From Raillietiella orientalis (taxonomy: Eukaryota), in the NCBI GenBank assembly GCA_036172245.1, contig JAYWIR010000001.1, positions 9,424,001 to 9,488,000 of the forward strand: 64,000 bases of DNA. The letters are read 5' to 3'. Position numbers and translations under genes: made by a program. Positions 25,401-37,100 of this stretch are shown piece after piece. Within the stretch, counting starts at the first letter, position 1; each line of letters starts with the position of its first letter. The notes below the pieces were generated by a model. It was given only the letters and a program-made list of their open reading frames with translations, ran no database searches and was not told where the DNA came from.

Positions 25401-26492
25401 AGTGGCCGTTTGCGTTTCACCGTGCCTTTGCAAGACTGGTGCACGGAACCGACGGCCTTTGTCTGCCCTGGTGCTCACCGCGGGCGGCTGGGACCAAGTT
25501 GACCCTACGTGGCCCCGAATCCAGCGTCTAGTATGGACCTTAAAACTGCGAGTGGTACCCAGAAGTAAGGAGATATGGAACAAGGAACTGACCAAGGTGA
25601 TCCCGCTGTTCATCAGCGTCCCTTGGGACACCGAAGCATGGATCACGAAGAACCGAAAGATCACTGTGGAAGCTACCGAGAGACTGGCGGACAGCGTGGT
25701 TATGCACGCCCGCCGAGTCCTAGTATACAAGCGCCAGCTCGAGGGGAGGATAATCCACAAGATCCGGGAGCTTTGGCAGGATCAAGGCTCCCAATGGTCC
25801 AGGGTGAACCTCCTGAGTAACAATCCTCTTAGTTCCCAAGATACAACACCGTCCAGGGCGATGCAGAAGATCAAGTCCAGGTCAGGATCAAGGCAATCCC
25901 GCAGTGGATGCACAGGCAATCGGACGGTCCTATGGAGATCCTCGTTGCCGCCGGACATTCAGAACTGCCTCCTGATGTTTTATCACGGAGGCATACTGTG
26001 TGGCACGAGGTTTCAACACTGGACCGGAAATCCCGACGACTACCAGTGCCCAGGGTGTGGGTCAGTCGAAGATGACCTACACATCTACACCTGTCGCAAT
26101 CGCACCCTCTTCAGGAATTGGAAAACCATAAAGAGGGCGGAGCGATGGAAGAAATGTCGACGCTCGAGATCCTGAGAGGACTCTTCGAAGGCGAAGACGG
26201 AGTACCCCGCTACAATCCCACCTTGAGAGTGATCGTGGCCTCCTTCATGAGAAGTATTCTCATACGAAGGATAACCTTATCCCATGGTGAAGTGTGCAGT
26301 GCCCTGGATGTTCTATATGGAATCCTGAAAAGGGAAAGCAATATCCGAGCATATGGGAGAGTCCCGTCGTGGGTTTTCCTATATTGCCTTAGGATTGTGC
26401 AGTGTGGAGCCAGGACGGTGTAGTGATGTACCCGCTTGGACCGCAACCCTAATTGTGTTTTGTTTTGTTTTGTATGATTGTAGTTAAATAAA
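22467..26492 (+). mobile_element. L1/Tx1-like non-LTR retrotransposon, 5'-truncated and pseudogenised (ORF1 tail plus APE-RT ORF2)
   Basis: ORF1-like tail 22467-22883. ORF2 from 22905: ASWNING, CLQETH, MNVYGP, AGDFN, RIDYV, SDH (APE endonuclease); AAGPD, LLPKSG..WRPISVLNSDVK, DIEKTFDSV, GVRQGDALSPMLF, AYADD, KYLGV (RT); CPGC..EDDLHIYTC; stop at 26422; AATAAA 26487-26492. Several frameshifts and in-frame stops. Confidence 0.92.
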
Positions 26493-26599
26493 TTCACCCC
26501 ACCGCAAGTCGGACTGGGGAAAGACGGGTCAGAGTTCACCTGCCTCCTCAGCTACGAGTTGTTGCTCGGACGTCGCTTGCAAGGCGCGAAGGGTTCGTC

Positions 26600-26900
26600 G
26601 CCTGGCGTTGCTGTCCTCCAAGCACTGAGGTCCCTGCGGCCACTCCAGAAGCGTAGGGATCGAGTGGTGGGGTGCAGGAGGGAACTCCACACTCCCTGCG
26701 GTCGTCTTCTGGAAACTATGCCGTTCACGCCGTGAAGATATGGATGCGGATTCGGGGGGTCGAACACGAGGACGGTTTGGGGGACCATCGGCGGATGCGG
26801 ATCGTATTGGTGCACATCGGTCACCAGGTACTGGAAGTGGGCACCCTCTGCATTGCACATTCGGTGCCCGTGGTCTTCGAGCTCCTGGTCTTTTAAACGG
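26600..26900 (+). mobile_element. Older L1/Tx1-like APE endonuclease remnant (diverged inverted homologue at ~20950-21170)
   Basis: THSLRSSSGNYAVHAVKIWMRIRGVEHEDGLGDH resembles T....SRIDY......I......SDH. The reverse complement shares segments such as CCGCATC.GCCGA.GGTCC and GTGTTCGA.CC.CCG with 21025-21075. Confidence 0.5.
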
Positions 26901-28103
26901 ACTCTGGATCTGCCTTCGTCGCACAGGGCTTTTCTGAGGAGGTCCTCTGTCGTTCTGTGAATTGCTGTTGGAACGGGGCAAACAAAAAGCAAGGGGCAAA
27001 GGAGAAGGGCTGCCAGTGAGTTCCACACCGCGGCCCGTTCCGACAAGTAGAGCATGCCGTCCCCAAACAGGCAGAACACCATCTCTACTTTTAGGAGACT
27101 GTCGGACCAGACTTCTGCTACTCAGAAGTCCCCCAACGAAACTCCAAAGCACTTGATGTAACCACCGTTGAGGATAAGCTCCTTGATTGCTGGAAGGACC
27201 CCGGAGGGTCGACATCCAATCCCGGTTACTCAACGTGGGCTTACGGCTTCCAGAAGTGCCACACTCGAGTATGCGCAAGAATTCCCAAGACGGAAATTTT
27301 GTCCCGTTTCAGGCGGGGGAACCGTCTGGAGGTTGAAGGATGCATCTCTACAAGGAAGCTCCCCAAGATGACGCTGCTTACTGCGTCATCTTACGAAGGA
27401 AAACTCGAAACTCACGACGCGTCCATTTGTCAGGAGGGTAGATCCCCCTTCACGGCCGAGATTCCAAGCCGCGACGCTAGGTGGGGCAACGCGGCGCGGA
27501 GGCCGCAGCCGCACGGCCGCCAGCGCGTGGCACGAAGGCTGCCTCGCAAAGACGCAACCTCCAGCATCCAGACGGGTCCTTCGGCTGATACAGGGCAAAA
27601 CTTTTCTCTTGGGAATCGTCCTGCCCGTGGCCACACACGCCATCTGCATTCCGAGTGGAGGGAAATGGCACCTGTTCCCCACTTTGCTACCTTGGGTCCT
27701 GGACACGGAGAGCGCGCGAGCGTGGAACGCGACACTTCAGGGGCAGCGCCGACAGGCATCTGTCGAAGCATCGGGAGGCAGGCATTTTCGGGGCACCCGG
27801 GCGGCAGCCGTCCGCGCGCAGCGGCGACTTTGGTAAAGAGCTCTGCGACGAGGAAGCGGACGGTCGTTTCCCGGTCGGATGCAACGTTGCACAGGCGCGG
27901 GAGGCCGGTGAGATTCTTCCAGACTCGCGCGCGCGCCTCGGAGGGGAGCACCCCGGAACGGAGCGAACGTCGTGATACCTCAAAGCGAGCGGTAGCAGCA
28001 GCAGCACAGGTGCAGCGAACACGCCTGCCGACCTTGCCGTGTGACCGCATTGAACCCTTCAAAGGCGAACCTTCCCCAAGCGCCGCTTCTGGTGCCGCCG
28101 TTA

Positions 28104-28110
28104 TATAAAA
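28104..28110 (+). promoter_or_regulatory. TATA box of the right aspartic protease copy
   Basis: TATAAAA ~60 nt upstream of the ATG at 28171; matching AATAAA at 30013-30018, downstream of the stop at 29966. Confidence 0.7.
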
Positions 28111-28170
28111 GAACGAGCCACACCCGAAGCAACTACTGCTGTAGAGCCAACGCGCTGGGATCTCCTCAAG

Positions 28171-29966
28171 ATGTTCGGAGCGCTTCTATTCTTCCTGGTC
28201 TTCTCCGGGTAAGACCTCCCTTGAGTTTCAGCTCTCGGCTGCAGGTTCGTTTCTCCTTCAGGATCGCCCGGGTCAAGACTTCCAGCTCGCAGCACGTCCT
28301 TCGCCTAGGATACGACCGGCAACGCGTAAGATGCCCACCATCCCGGGGGCGCTCTTTGGCTACTCTCTGCTCCCCCAGGGCCAGTTCTATTGCTTCGCCA
28401 GCGTCGGGACCCCGGGCCAGCACTTCCAGGTCATCCTGGACACCACAGTGTCTTCTTTGTGGATCCCTGATCAACGATGCAAGAGCAAATGGTGCAGTAA
28501 GTGGACTGCAGGGTCGGCGCTCGTCGTCGGCTAAGCGCGACCCTGCAGAGGACCACCAGAAGTTCAAGCCCGAGGACTCTTCGTCCTGGCACTCCAACGG
28601 GAAGCAGAGCAACGCCGTATACTTTGGAAAGTCGGTCAGCATAAGGGAAGGCGAAGACACTTACAGCGTAAAGAGGACGGGAAGGAGGGACGCGAGTTGG
28701 AGAGCGCATTCTTCCACAGGTGAAGAACTTGGACAAATCCGTTTCCTTCACGGTGGACGAGAAGGTGGAGCTGTTTACGTTGGAAACCAACTCTTCGTAC
28801 CTCCACGAGTACTTGGCAGGTGACGGACTACTGGGAATGGACGCGTACCGCTTCGAAAGCGCGAACGCCCGCAGCCAGTTCGTATTCGACCTCAGAAGGT
28901 AAGGGATGGGAGGCAGGAACCGAAGACCTGCAGCATTCTCTTCGAATCAGAGGCGAGGAGAAGATCACGTTCGGCGACTCCAACGACAGGATCACGTTGA
29001 AGTTACGCGAGAAAACCGTGGTGAAGCCGATGCTGAGCAGAGAGGGCAAGAGTCACCCGCACCTCCTCGAGTTCGAATTGGGAGGGTAAGAAACAGTCGC
29101 CATCCACCCGACCTGATGCGAGCGTCATGTTGGGGAACATCGCGGTGCCCTGCCAGTTGCCGAATCCCCGAGTCGCCGTATGCGAGAAACTCAGCGGATT
29201 TCTTTTTCTTCCTTGCGCGCATCTCGTCTAACGCAAGAAGTTCGTCGAACTGCGAAACGGAGCGCTTCCGCTTCCAGATGAAAGCTGAAAGAGGCGGTGG
29301 ACGTCCCTCGAGGTCCTTGCGATTGCATTTTCAGAATTTCTTACGGGGACGCGGAATTCGAGATGGGTGAACAAAAGGCAGCCTTCATCGACGCCGGACT
29401 GCCGTTCCTGGAAGTTCCCAAGAAGTTCCTGGATTGGCTGCTGCAGCACATCCCCGCGAAACCCGTGCCACCACTCAACCGCGTCTACGCGGTAGGCGAC
29501 CCTCTCTCACGATCGTGGAGACTAACGCCTGCTTCCCTCAGATGTCCTGCCAATCCCGGGATCCGAAAAAAACACAAGAAGGTGACGTACAAAGTTGGCG
29601 GCGGCGTGGAGGCCTTTTTCGACGTCTACAGCTACACGTTCCAGGTACATTTCGTACTCGCTGGAGCGGTTGCCTCTCTCTCTCTTTCCCTCTGACCGCA
29701 ACTTCCGTTCTTTGAGGGCTGACCGAGGGAACTTCCTCCTTCTCTTCACTTCTTGAAGCGGTTCCCGAATCGACGCGCAGGGAGGACCTACGTCCGAGGC
29801 ATTCCAGGCTTTCCCGGGAAGCGACAGGTGCTATCTGCTCTTCACCCATGGACTCAGAAAGGAGATACAGTCGAACTGGGGCTTTGGAGTTGACCTGATG
29901 AGGCAGGTCAAAGTGAAAGTTGACCTCTCGAACGACAAAGAGAAGACCCTGACTTTCTCTACCTGA
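28171..29966 (+). pseudogene. Second copy of the pepsin-family aspartic protease homologue with a +1 frameshift in exon 8 (pseudogene or homopolymer error)
   Basis: Exons 28171-28208, 28262-28325, 28379-28496, 28549-28667, 28720-28898, 28951-29085, 29335-29491, 29542-29644, 29808-29966. Exon 8 is 103 nt (A7 at 29566-29572) against 102 nt (A6) in the left copy. One R/K difference (EVPKKF vs EVPKRF). Confidence 0.82.
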
Positions 29967-30035
29967 GAACCTCTGTGGGAGAAGTTTTGCAGCCTCCCGG
30001 AAAACCTCTCGCAATAAAGTGCTTCCTCTGAAATT

Positions 30036-30606
30036 TGCACCGCGTGGCCCTCGTTCGCGTCCGAGAGGCTGCGTCCACCGCTCGTGGCACTAGCAAGAGT
30101 CGCGAGTTCGAATCCCGCTCGGGTAAACATTGACGCCGAGAGCGGGGGTGCGTCGTCAGTTTCGAGTTTCGCCTGCAAGATGACGTTGGCTGGACCTTTC
30201 GGGTGCGCTACCGGTGGGAGCAGCCAGAAAGCGGATGCCCTCGCTGACTGGCTGGCAATCAAGGAGCGGTTCCCTTGCGGGTGACCTCCGTTTAAGAAAT
30301 TCCAGGAGGGGATCCTTTCCGAGGGGTCCCTACGGAAAAGAAAAGAACGTACTTGAGATGGATGAGAGATTCCTTCGGAGAAAACCAAAAGGAGAGGTGC
30401 CTTCCAAGAGTGATAGAGATGGACTACTGTCTTAAGAGGCTTTTTGGATTCATGGGGTGCCCCCTCCGGGGTCAACTTCTCACTTGAAGAGCTAAGAAGC
30501 AACCTCGGGTGGCGTGGGCGGTGCTGAAGAGCTTCGTGAGCTGCAAGGCCAACGGTTCTTTGACTGCGTGGCAAACGAAAAAAAAAACGAAACAAAAGAA
30601 AAAAGC
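30036..30606 (+). mobile_element. tRNA-head SINE copy (inside right arm)
   Basis: GAGTTCGAATCCC at ~30104-30116 and A-rich tail ~30578-30604; mirror of 16950-17520. Confidence 0.65.
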
Positions 30607-31199
30607 TGGAAGGAGAGCAGAGAAACAGAAGCCCTCATCTCCGACATCGACGCTCTTCGTGCAAGGTATCCTGCAAAGAGCTGTTTCTTGAATTTGTCTA
30701 AAAATTTACGCACTACTTAACGACACCACCAAAGGCTGGTGACCGACAAAGTTAGGTGACTCGATGTGCTGTGGTATCTGCACAATGGACCACACGTTGT
30801 TGTTATCCAGTCTGGCAAAGATGTGAGCTGCCTTGATCAACGAATCGAATATGGCCATGGCTCCAAGCAAGCGAGACAAGAAAGCGTGGTTGTTGCCTTT
30901 GATAAGCAATGTGGTCATCTGTTTGACCAAAAGAGCAGCTGACCAGAATAATCTGAAAATCCTCAGGCGAATCGTGCAAGAACTCGCCACGAATGCAGAT
31001 CGCAAATCCGAGTTATCAATTCGAACAGAACATTCTGTAAAAGGAATTTCTTGGCGTGGAGGCTGTCTCTCTTCGTGTTCTTATGAAAGAATTTGGAGTT
31101 CTTTCCCTGTTTACAATATTCGAGAAAGGGTTCTACAGATAGAAAAAGGCTGCAACCTATTTATGTAAAATTTTCCAAGTTCATCTGAATTTCCTTTGA

Positions 31200-33260
31200 A
31201 AGGGGATTGTTGAAATTTTTCCTTTGAAGTGTATTCTCTTTTGAATACATTTCTTGAAATCACATGGGAGACAATTGGTATTTCTTAGGCTCTATCTGAT
31301 GGACATCAAACAAATGCAAGCTTTCTGCATGAGGCGTTCTTGAAATCCATGATTCCACATATCCAGTGCTATGAACCAATGCTGATCTGGTTCGTTACTG
31401 CAAAGTAACTCATGTGAAATGTGTGGCTGTTCATGTAACTTGTTTGAATGTCATACTTTGACATTCCACACCTTGAGATAACTTTCCTTGGTATTAATTT
31501 TAACTCATCATACAAGCTTACGAGACAGAGCATTAAATCACAGTGGGATGTATGAAAACATCCAATTTCAAGTTTTTAGTAGAGGAAGTTCGGGCAATTA
31601 ATTTAAAAATCTACAAGTTCCGTTTTTAAATGATGAATTTCTGTTCGATGCATCCAGTTCTTACTCTAAAGAAGGGTTTGAACACAAAAGAATCACCTCA
31701 CCAACTAATGCCATTGATGAGAAAGTGGTATACATCATGAAAAATAGAAGGGAGAAAGTCTGTCTCACAAAGAGGCTTGCAATCAGTGGAATTCACTCTT
31801 TGTGGTGAGAAATGTATTTACAAAAAACAGATCTTGTAGTTTTACACATTGCAGCTTTTATAGAAAATAATAAATCAGAGCAAATCACAAACTTATTCCA
31901 GATTACATCCATGCCCCAGTTCCAAGATACCAGTTACATGAAAAGAAATGTTTACAACCTCTATGCTGCTTTCCCAGAAATACGAGTACATTCTTAAAGT
32001 ATCAAAACAGTTTCTTTCATTGCAGACATGCATGAGAGATCTGAAAAATTTACAATGCAGTTGACTTTTAGTGTTATTGACAAACTCAATAAAATGATTT
32101 ACTTTCTACTTTCATAATTATCATGATTTACAAAATAAAATGGTGAACAGAGTGCAGGTGAAAAATGAAAAACAGAAGGGCCCAAGGGACAAATTATTTA
32201 CTTTGCATAGGAACAGCTATTGCTTGAGAGAACGGTTTCCTGCAACTAGATTGCAAAATTGAAATCACTTAATGACAGCACACATAGTTGGGTGGTGAGG
32301 AAGAGTTTCAGTATTCCTTGAATAATATATTTCTTCGTATGTAATAAGAAAAATATCTTAACCTTTAATGCACAATTTTCTGGTCAAAAACTTGGTCTGA
32401 AAGTACTTTTCTCATCAGCTGACAACTTTTCAAGTTCTATAATATATTTTCACTTTTCCTGATCTTGCCTCAAAGCAAATTCCAACCTCGGTAAAACTAG
32501 TACCAAAACCTTCATGCAAAACAAGAACTCTGCTCTGAAAAATTTAGCCTGGATCTCCAAGAAGAGAAGTATCACACCTTCAATCCAATTACTGTTCATA
32601 CAAAATCCTACAGTAAAATGTTGAAGATTTTAGAGGCTCTTCACAGGTCTCAAGAGAATGGTTGCTAGCTGTGGATGTCTCTAGAATGAAGCAACCCTGC
32701 CTTTCATCTAGATGCTTTGAAATTCCCGCAAGTTGAAACATGGCACACCATGGGAGCACATAGACACTGGGACTAAAGATGCTGAAGTCAAATTTTGTTT
32801 TCCAATGCTACCTACAAGATGTTCACAGGAGCATGACTAAATGCTGTGAACATCAAGTCAATGTTAGAAGTTGCATCTCCTACATCATTCAGGAAGCCAG
32901 GAAGACCCAGCATCAAGTACATCTTGATATACTCAATCCATACAACACCTACTCATTGGAGATCTCTCTGTGCACACTTTCCTGTACAAATTGCCAAGTT
33001 TTCCAAGCTTATTGATATTCAACATTACCTTTAGGATCAAAGCTGACAACATAACTGCCATGCCATAGTACCATAGGTATGTTTGATTACCCTATGTACT
33101 GCAAATGCATTAGGTTGAGACCCATCTGTGCGTTTCATGTATAAGCTAACGTATGCCAGGAAAAGGGGCACATGGCACTGAAATACAATCCAAATTATGA
33201 TTTAGCTGTGTTCATTAACAAATCCTCAAACGGGGAGGTATCACAAAAATCCCAATTAGG
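31200..33260. mobile_element. Possible decayed hAT transposase fragments in a CpG-depleted block
   Basis: AFPEIR..ER-like dimerisation-domain remnant on + (~31960-32060); AEFLFCMKVLVLVL..Q-like segment on - (~32460-32560). Weak motif evidence only. Confidence 0.25.
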
Positions 33261-36200
33261 TGTCAACTGAGAAACTTTCCAATCACTGTAACCAAATTTT
33301 GCCCCCCGCAAGTAATTCTCTGTGCTATGGCACCATTTGTGCTTCCGGTTTTCATGATCCCCACACCGAGCTTGCTTGAAACTGCTGAGAGAAAAAATGG
33401 AGGAGCAGTGCTGTAAGAATTTGCTACCAAGGATAGTTTTTCAACGTCAGCCGTCGGAATCCTCCCCGACGAATGAGGAGGCCAAACAAACTTTTTCCAC
33501 TGACTTGGCACGTCACAAATCAAGAATTCAGAAGAGATGCGAAGTTCACATTGAAAGGTACTTTCCAACACATGCAGAATATTTATTACACACCGTGCAG
33601 TTTAGTCTGTCGCACCCCCAAAAATTCCACCATCGAATAAGTGCAATCAATCTGCGAAAACCTTTGCAAATTCTTATCAAAAATGATGCCTGGTGTTCCC
33701 ATCTTCCTTGCAGTGTCGTTACCTGTATGCTGCCCTTTCTCTCTCTCTCTCGTGTCCCTCTTTGTTTTGTTTCGTTTTCGTTTTTTTTTTTTTTTTAAAA
33801 AAAAAATTAATGCAACAATCCGCGTCTGCAGTTACTTCCGCTCATACAGGCAGGCTGCAAACATTAAAATTTACTTCCTTTCCTTGCCTAAACAAGAATG
33901 CTGTGAGCTGTCTTTCGTGAACAACGATCACAGAAAAACACCACTGCCTCCGGATATGAATGGCACCTTCCATCATTCAGACGAAGCATCCCGGGGATAA
34001 TCTTGGAATTCCAGTCAAGTATTGGCTGAAACGAAAATTTTCATTTCCTAAATTGTGGTGTCGCTTCTCGAGACGCCTCTGAAGTCACGTTGATGCCACT
34101 TTGCCTTACTACGCCAGCACATAGCCATTGGCAAAACGTAGCTAACCTTGGCACTGGCCGAATCCCCTGACACGGCGCAGGTGACCAAGGCTGCGGACGC
34201 GCTCGCGTGGATGGGTGGACGCCCAGGCGCTTCCGCTGGCGCCTCGGAATCGATGGACGCATCCACCACCAAGTGCAAGCTGCCTTTCGTGTACTTTGGT
34301 CGTAGCCGAAACGCCGACCAAAGCGCGAAGCAGCCATGCAGACCACACCAACCACCGCGGCGGCACCAATTTATCAAAGAGGTTTCTGTGCCGTGTGGAC
34401 GCATTGCTAATCTCGGCGTGTACGGATCAGGAGTTGCTTGAGATGATGGGTAGCCGGTGTGTTTGTTGACAACTTGCATCAGCGAGAATTGTAATTGGCT
34501 TCCTCGAAATTCTTAAAGAATGCTTTAAAGAGCCTAAGGTTACGGCTTAAGGAACAGGATACTCATCCGAAAACTTTCCCCAAGTTCGGCAATAGTATGC
34601 ATAAATAGGGTTTGTTTATCATTCACACCAAGATTAGATATTCCAGTCGGATTCATAGGGATATTTTCAAAGCCTTTTCTAAATCAAGAGCGAAGGAGCG
34701 CTCGATGAGTCCACATTTCAACTGAGGTGCGTTTCAAATGTGACTTTGTATGGTTCACTAAGAGAAAAAAAAAGAAGAAAAGCAGTGAACAGAATAGGTT
34801 GATTGACAAAAAGTATCCCTGGGTGCAAATCCCGCCTCGAATTTTCTCATTCTTTTTAGAAGTTGACATTATTTCAAGGTCTCGCAAACGATTATCGTCA
34901 GTTGCTTACGGGGGGAAGGATTTCTCTAAAATCGAGGAGCTTAAAAATTCATTGAATCTCCGGCTTTCTAAGGAAAAGCACCTTGCGTATTTCCTCTTGC
35001 GACATTGGTGGTATAATGGTGCTTGCATCAACCAACAGGTCGAGGCGATCGCGTTGCGCACCCGATCTTTTCTTTTGTCCCACCATTTGAATAGGCACCG
35101 GAATTTTTCGTCTCATTGTCTTTTCACCTTACTCTAAGATATTTTGCATGATATTGTTTGGGATGCAAGATTTGTTCAGATGACGCTGTTTTCGATCGCC
35201 CTGCTTTCTCCTGTTTCTTCACGTCAAACGCGAGCAGGGATTCAGATTTCACGCGCTATCTGGTGACATCTCAGAAGCAACAAGAACGATGTTGAAAATT
35301 CGTGCTTACTCCTGCTGGTAAGGACGCTCCCCAACATTTCTGAGCTTTCCTTTCTCCTCCCTTCTGCAACTTTCTATCTGGGCAGGGGAAAAGCAACCGG
35401 AAGGGAGGCGTGTGAGGTAAACCTGTTCTTCACGTGGCGTACGTTTGTTCTGTTGTTAAGTTTTCCCATCTACGTGAAGTTAACACACGCAAGCAAGAAG
35501 CATTGCAGATGCAAATTGACTTTTTGGAAAAAGCTCAAATAAAGCTGCCGAAGTGGATCGTTTCAGTTAGGACTCATTTAGGAAAATTTGGTTCAGATGA
35601 TACCAATCATCGTCCATTATGGCATTGTTCCCCTTTCCCAGCATCTCTTCGGCGATACTCTGCATCTGAAATTTTTTTTCCTCCTGCTCCACCGAGGTTC
35701 CAGGTACATTTTTTGTACACTCTGGTGCCTATTATCCAATCTTGGGCTGCATTTGTAGGAAATTGGAATTTCTCCTTTGAATCTTTTCACGTAAGTTATT
35801 CATGACCCGCCTACAATACCATCCGCTACAGATCTTTGGTTCCTGATTGTAGCAAAGGCTTTTCATGACTGCTCTTCGCATCACTGCTGGGATGAGAGAT
35901 CGGATAGAAATTTCCACTTGGAAGCGGCAAGATCTTCGCCCGCACAGAGGGAAAGCCTTGCACGAGGCATTATTGATTGGATCTTTGCAGATGTTTCATC
36001 AGCTGGGATCTTCAACCAAAGATGTACTCTTTGGGTCTTCTCGCCACACACAGCTCTTCCTTTTGTGGGCGGTCTCGAGCTGAATTCCATTTCGCTAGCC
36101 ACGAACCCTGACTGCCTCTGAAAGCCCGAAGCGGGGATTCATCGAATTCGGAAGAAAAAGAACCGCGGTCCCACTTGGAGGACACCTGGAGGAAGGGAAA

Positions 36201-36399
36201 GATCGGTGTTGCAGTGAAGAAGAAGTTGCAGTTGCAGAAGAAGGACGGCAAGAAGAAGGTAAGCAGATTTCGATGCACTGATTAAACGAAAAGCACACGA
36301 ACTGAACTCTTCTCGTTCCCTGAGGCAATATGGAGTGACCTCTAGGGACGTTCTTCCAAGCTCAGCAAAAGCTGCCCATCCCCGTTTACTTCCCAGGCT

Positions 36400-37100
36400 T
36401 CGCATCCTCTTGACAGGTATCCAGGCCACTGCTTCCAGTGCATCTCACGGCGACAGCGGATACACGAGACAATCTTCAGACGCCTCGTCTTCCAGGATGC
36501 AGCCGATGGACTCCCTCATTCGTTGCGGAGATCTTAGCTTCCCGGAGAAGCAACTGGCAAAGACAGGCACCCTGAGTTTTACAAGCTCTTCTGGGAAAGC
36601 TATAGGGCAACACCGTGGTCTTCCTCCCCCTCCGCCCCCGCTTCCCTCCCCCTCTGGCAGCATCGGAAACCCCCCTTCGCCGTCTCCAAGCGGACAAGAG
36701 ACATCTGGCAGCACCAGATCGGGCTGCAGAATGGAGTTCGCCCCGGGGGCAAGTTGTTCCTCGAGGCCATCCATCCCGCAGCCTTGGCTGCAGCGCCTTT
36801 TATCTCCTTTGCAACAGCATCGTCGCACCCAGCTGTGTACGAGGAAGACGGAAGGAAGCTCGTACGGCGTCACTTTGACCCCGATCAAGAAGGAACAGCA
36901 GGGCGGAGGACTCGCGGGTTGTGGTTTCGGGAAGGAGAAGCTGCGGAGGGCGACAGCGGAAGCGTAAGGAAAGAGCTTTGCATTACCAGGTCTCCTCAGG
37001 AGGCGGAACCTCCAGGACTGCCGCAGAAACCTCTGGGAAGGCGGTGAGGCGCGAAGGAGGGGAAGGATGCGGTATGCATCCATCCCGGGGAAGGGTTGAG
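36400..37100 (+). mobile_element. Decayed L1/Tx1-like post-RT fragment
   Basis: NGVRP..KLFLEAIHP and TLTPIKKEQQGGGLAG parallel WNGVMAPKFLFTESF and LCRPRMEGGIS in the element at 22467-26492. Confidence 0.45.

Larger units (their letters stand above)
27179..30628. repeat. Right arm of the 3,450-bp inverted repeat
   Basis: Reverse complement of 16928-20377. Begins inside a SINE body; flanked on both sides by AAG (27176-27178 and 30629-30631). Confidence 0.98.

Noticed and set aside
22905-26422. RT as a retron, DGR, group II intron or other prokaryotic RT system
   Set aside because: It has an N-terminal APE endonuclease and L1/Tx1-type motifs, and the surrounding genes have spliceosomal introns.
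30060-30130. tRNA gene (GTTCGAATCCC)
   Set aside because: No cloverleaf could be folded by eye, and the motif continues into a repeated body and A-rich tail, so it is a SINE head.
16928-30628. The inverted arms as terminal inverted repeats of a known DNA transposon, Polinton or DIRS element
   Set aside because: No transposase, integrase, PolB or tyrosine recombinase in the spacer; the arm ends fall in or next to SINE sequence; no target-site duplication seen around the whole structure.
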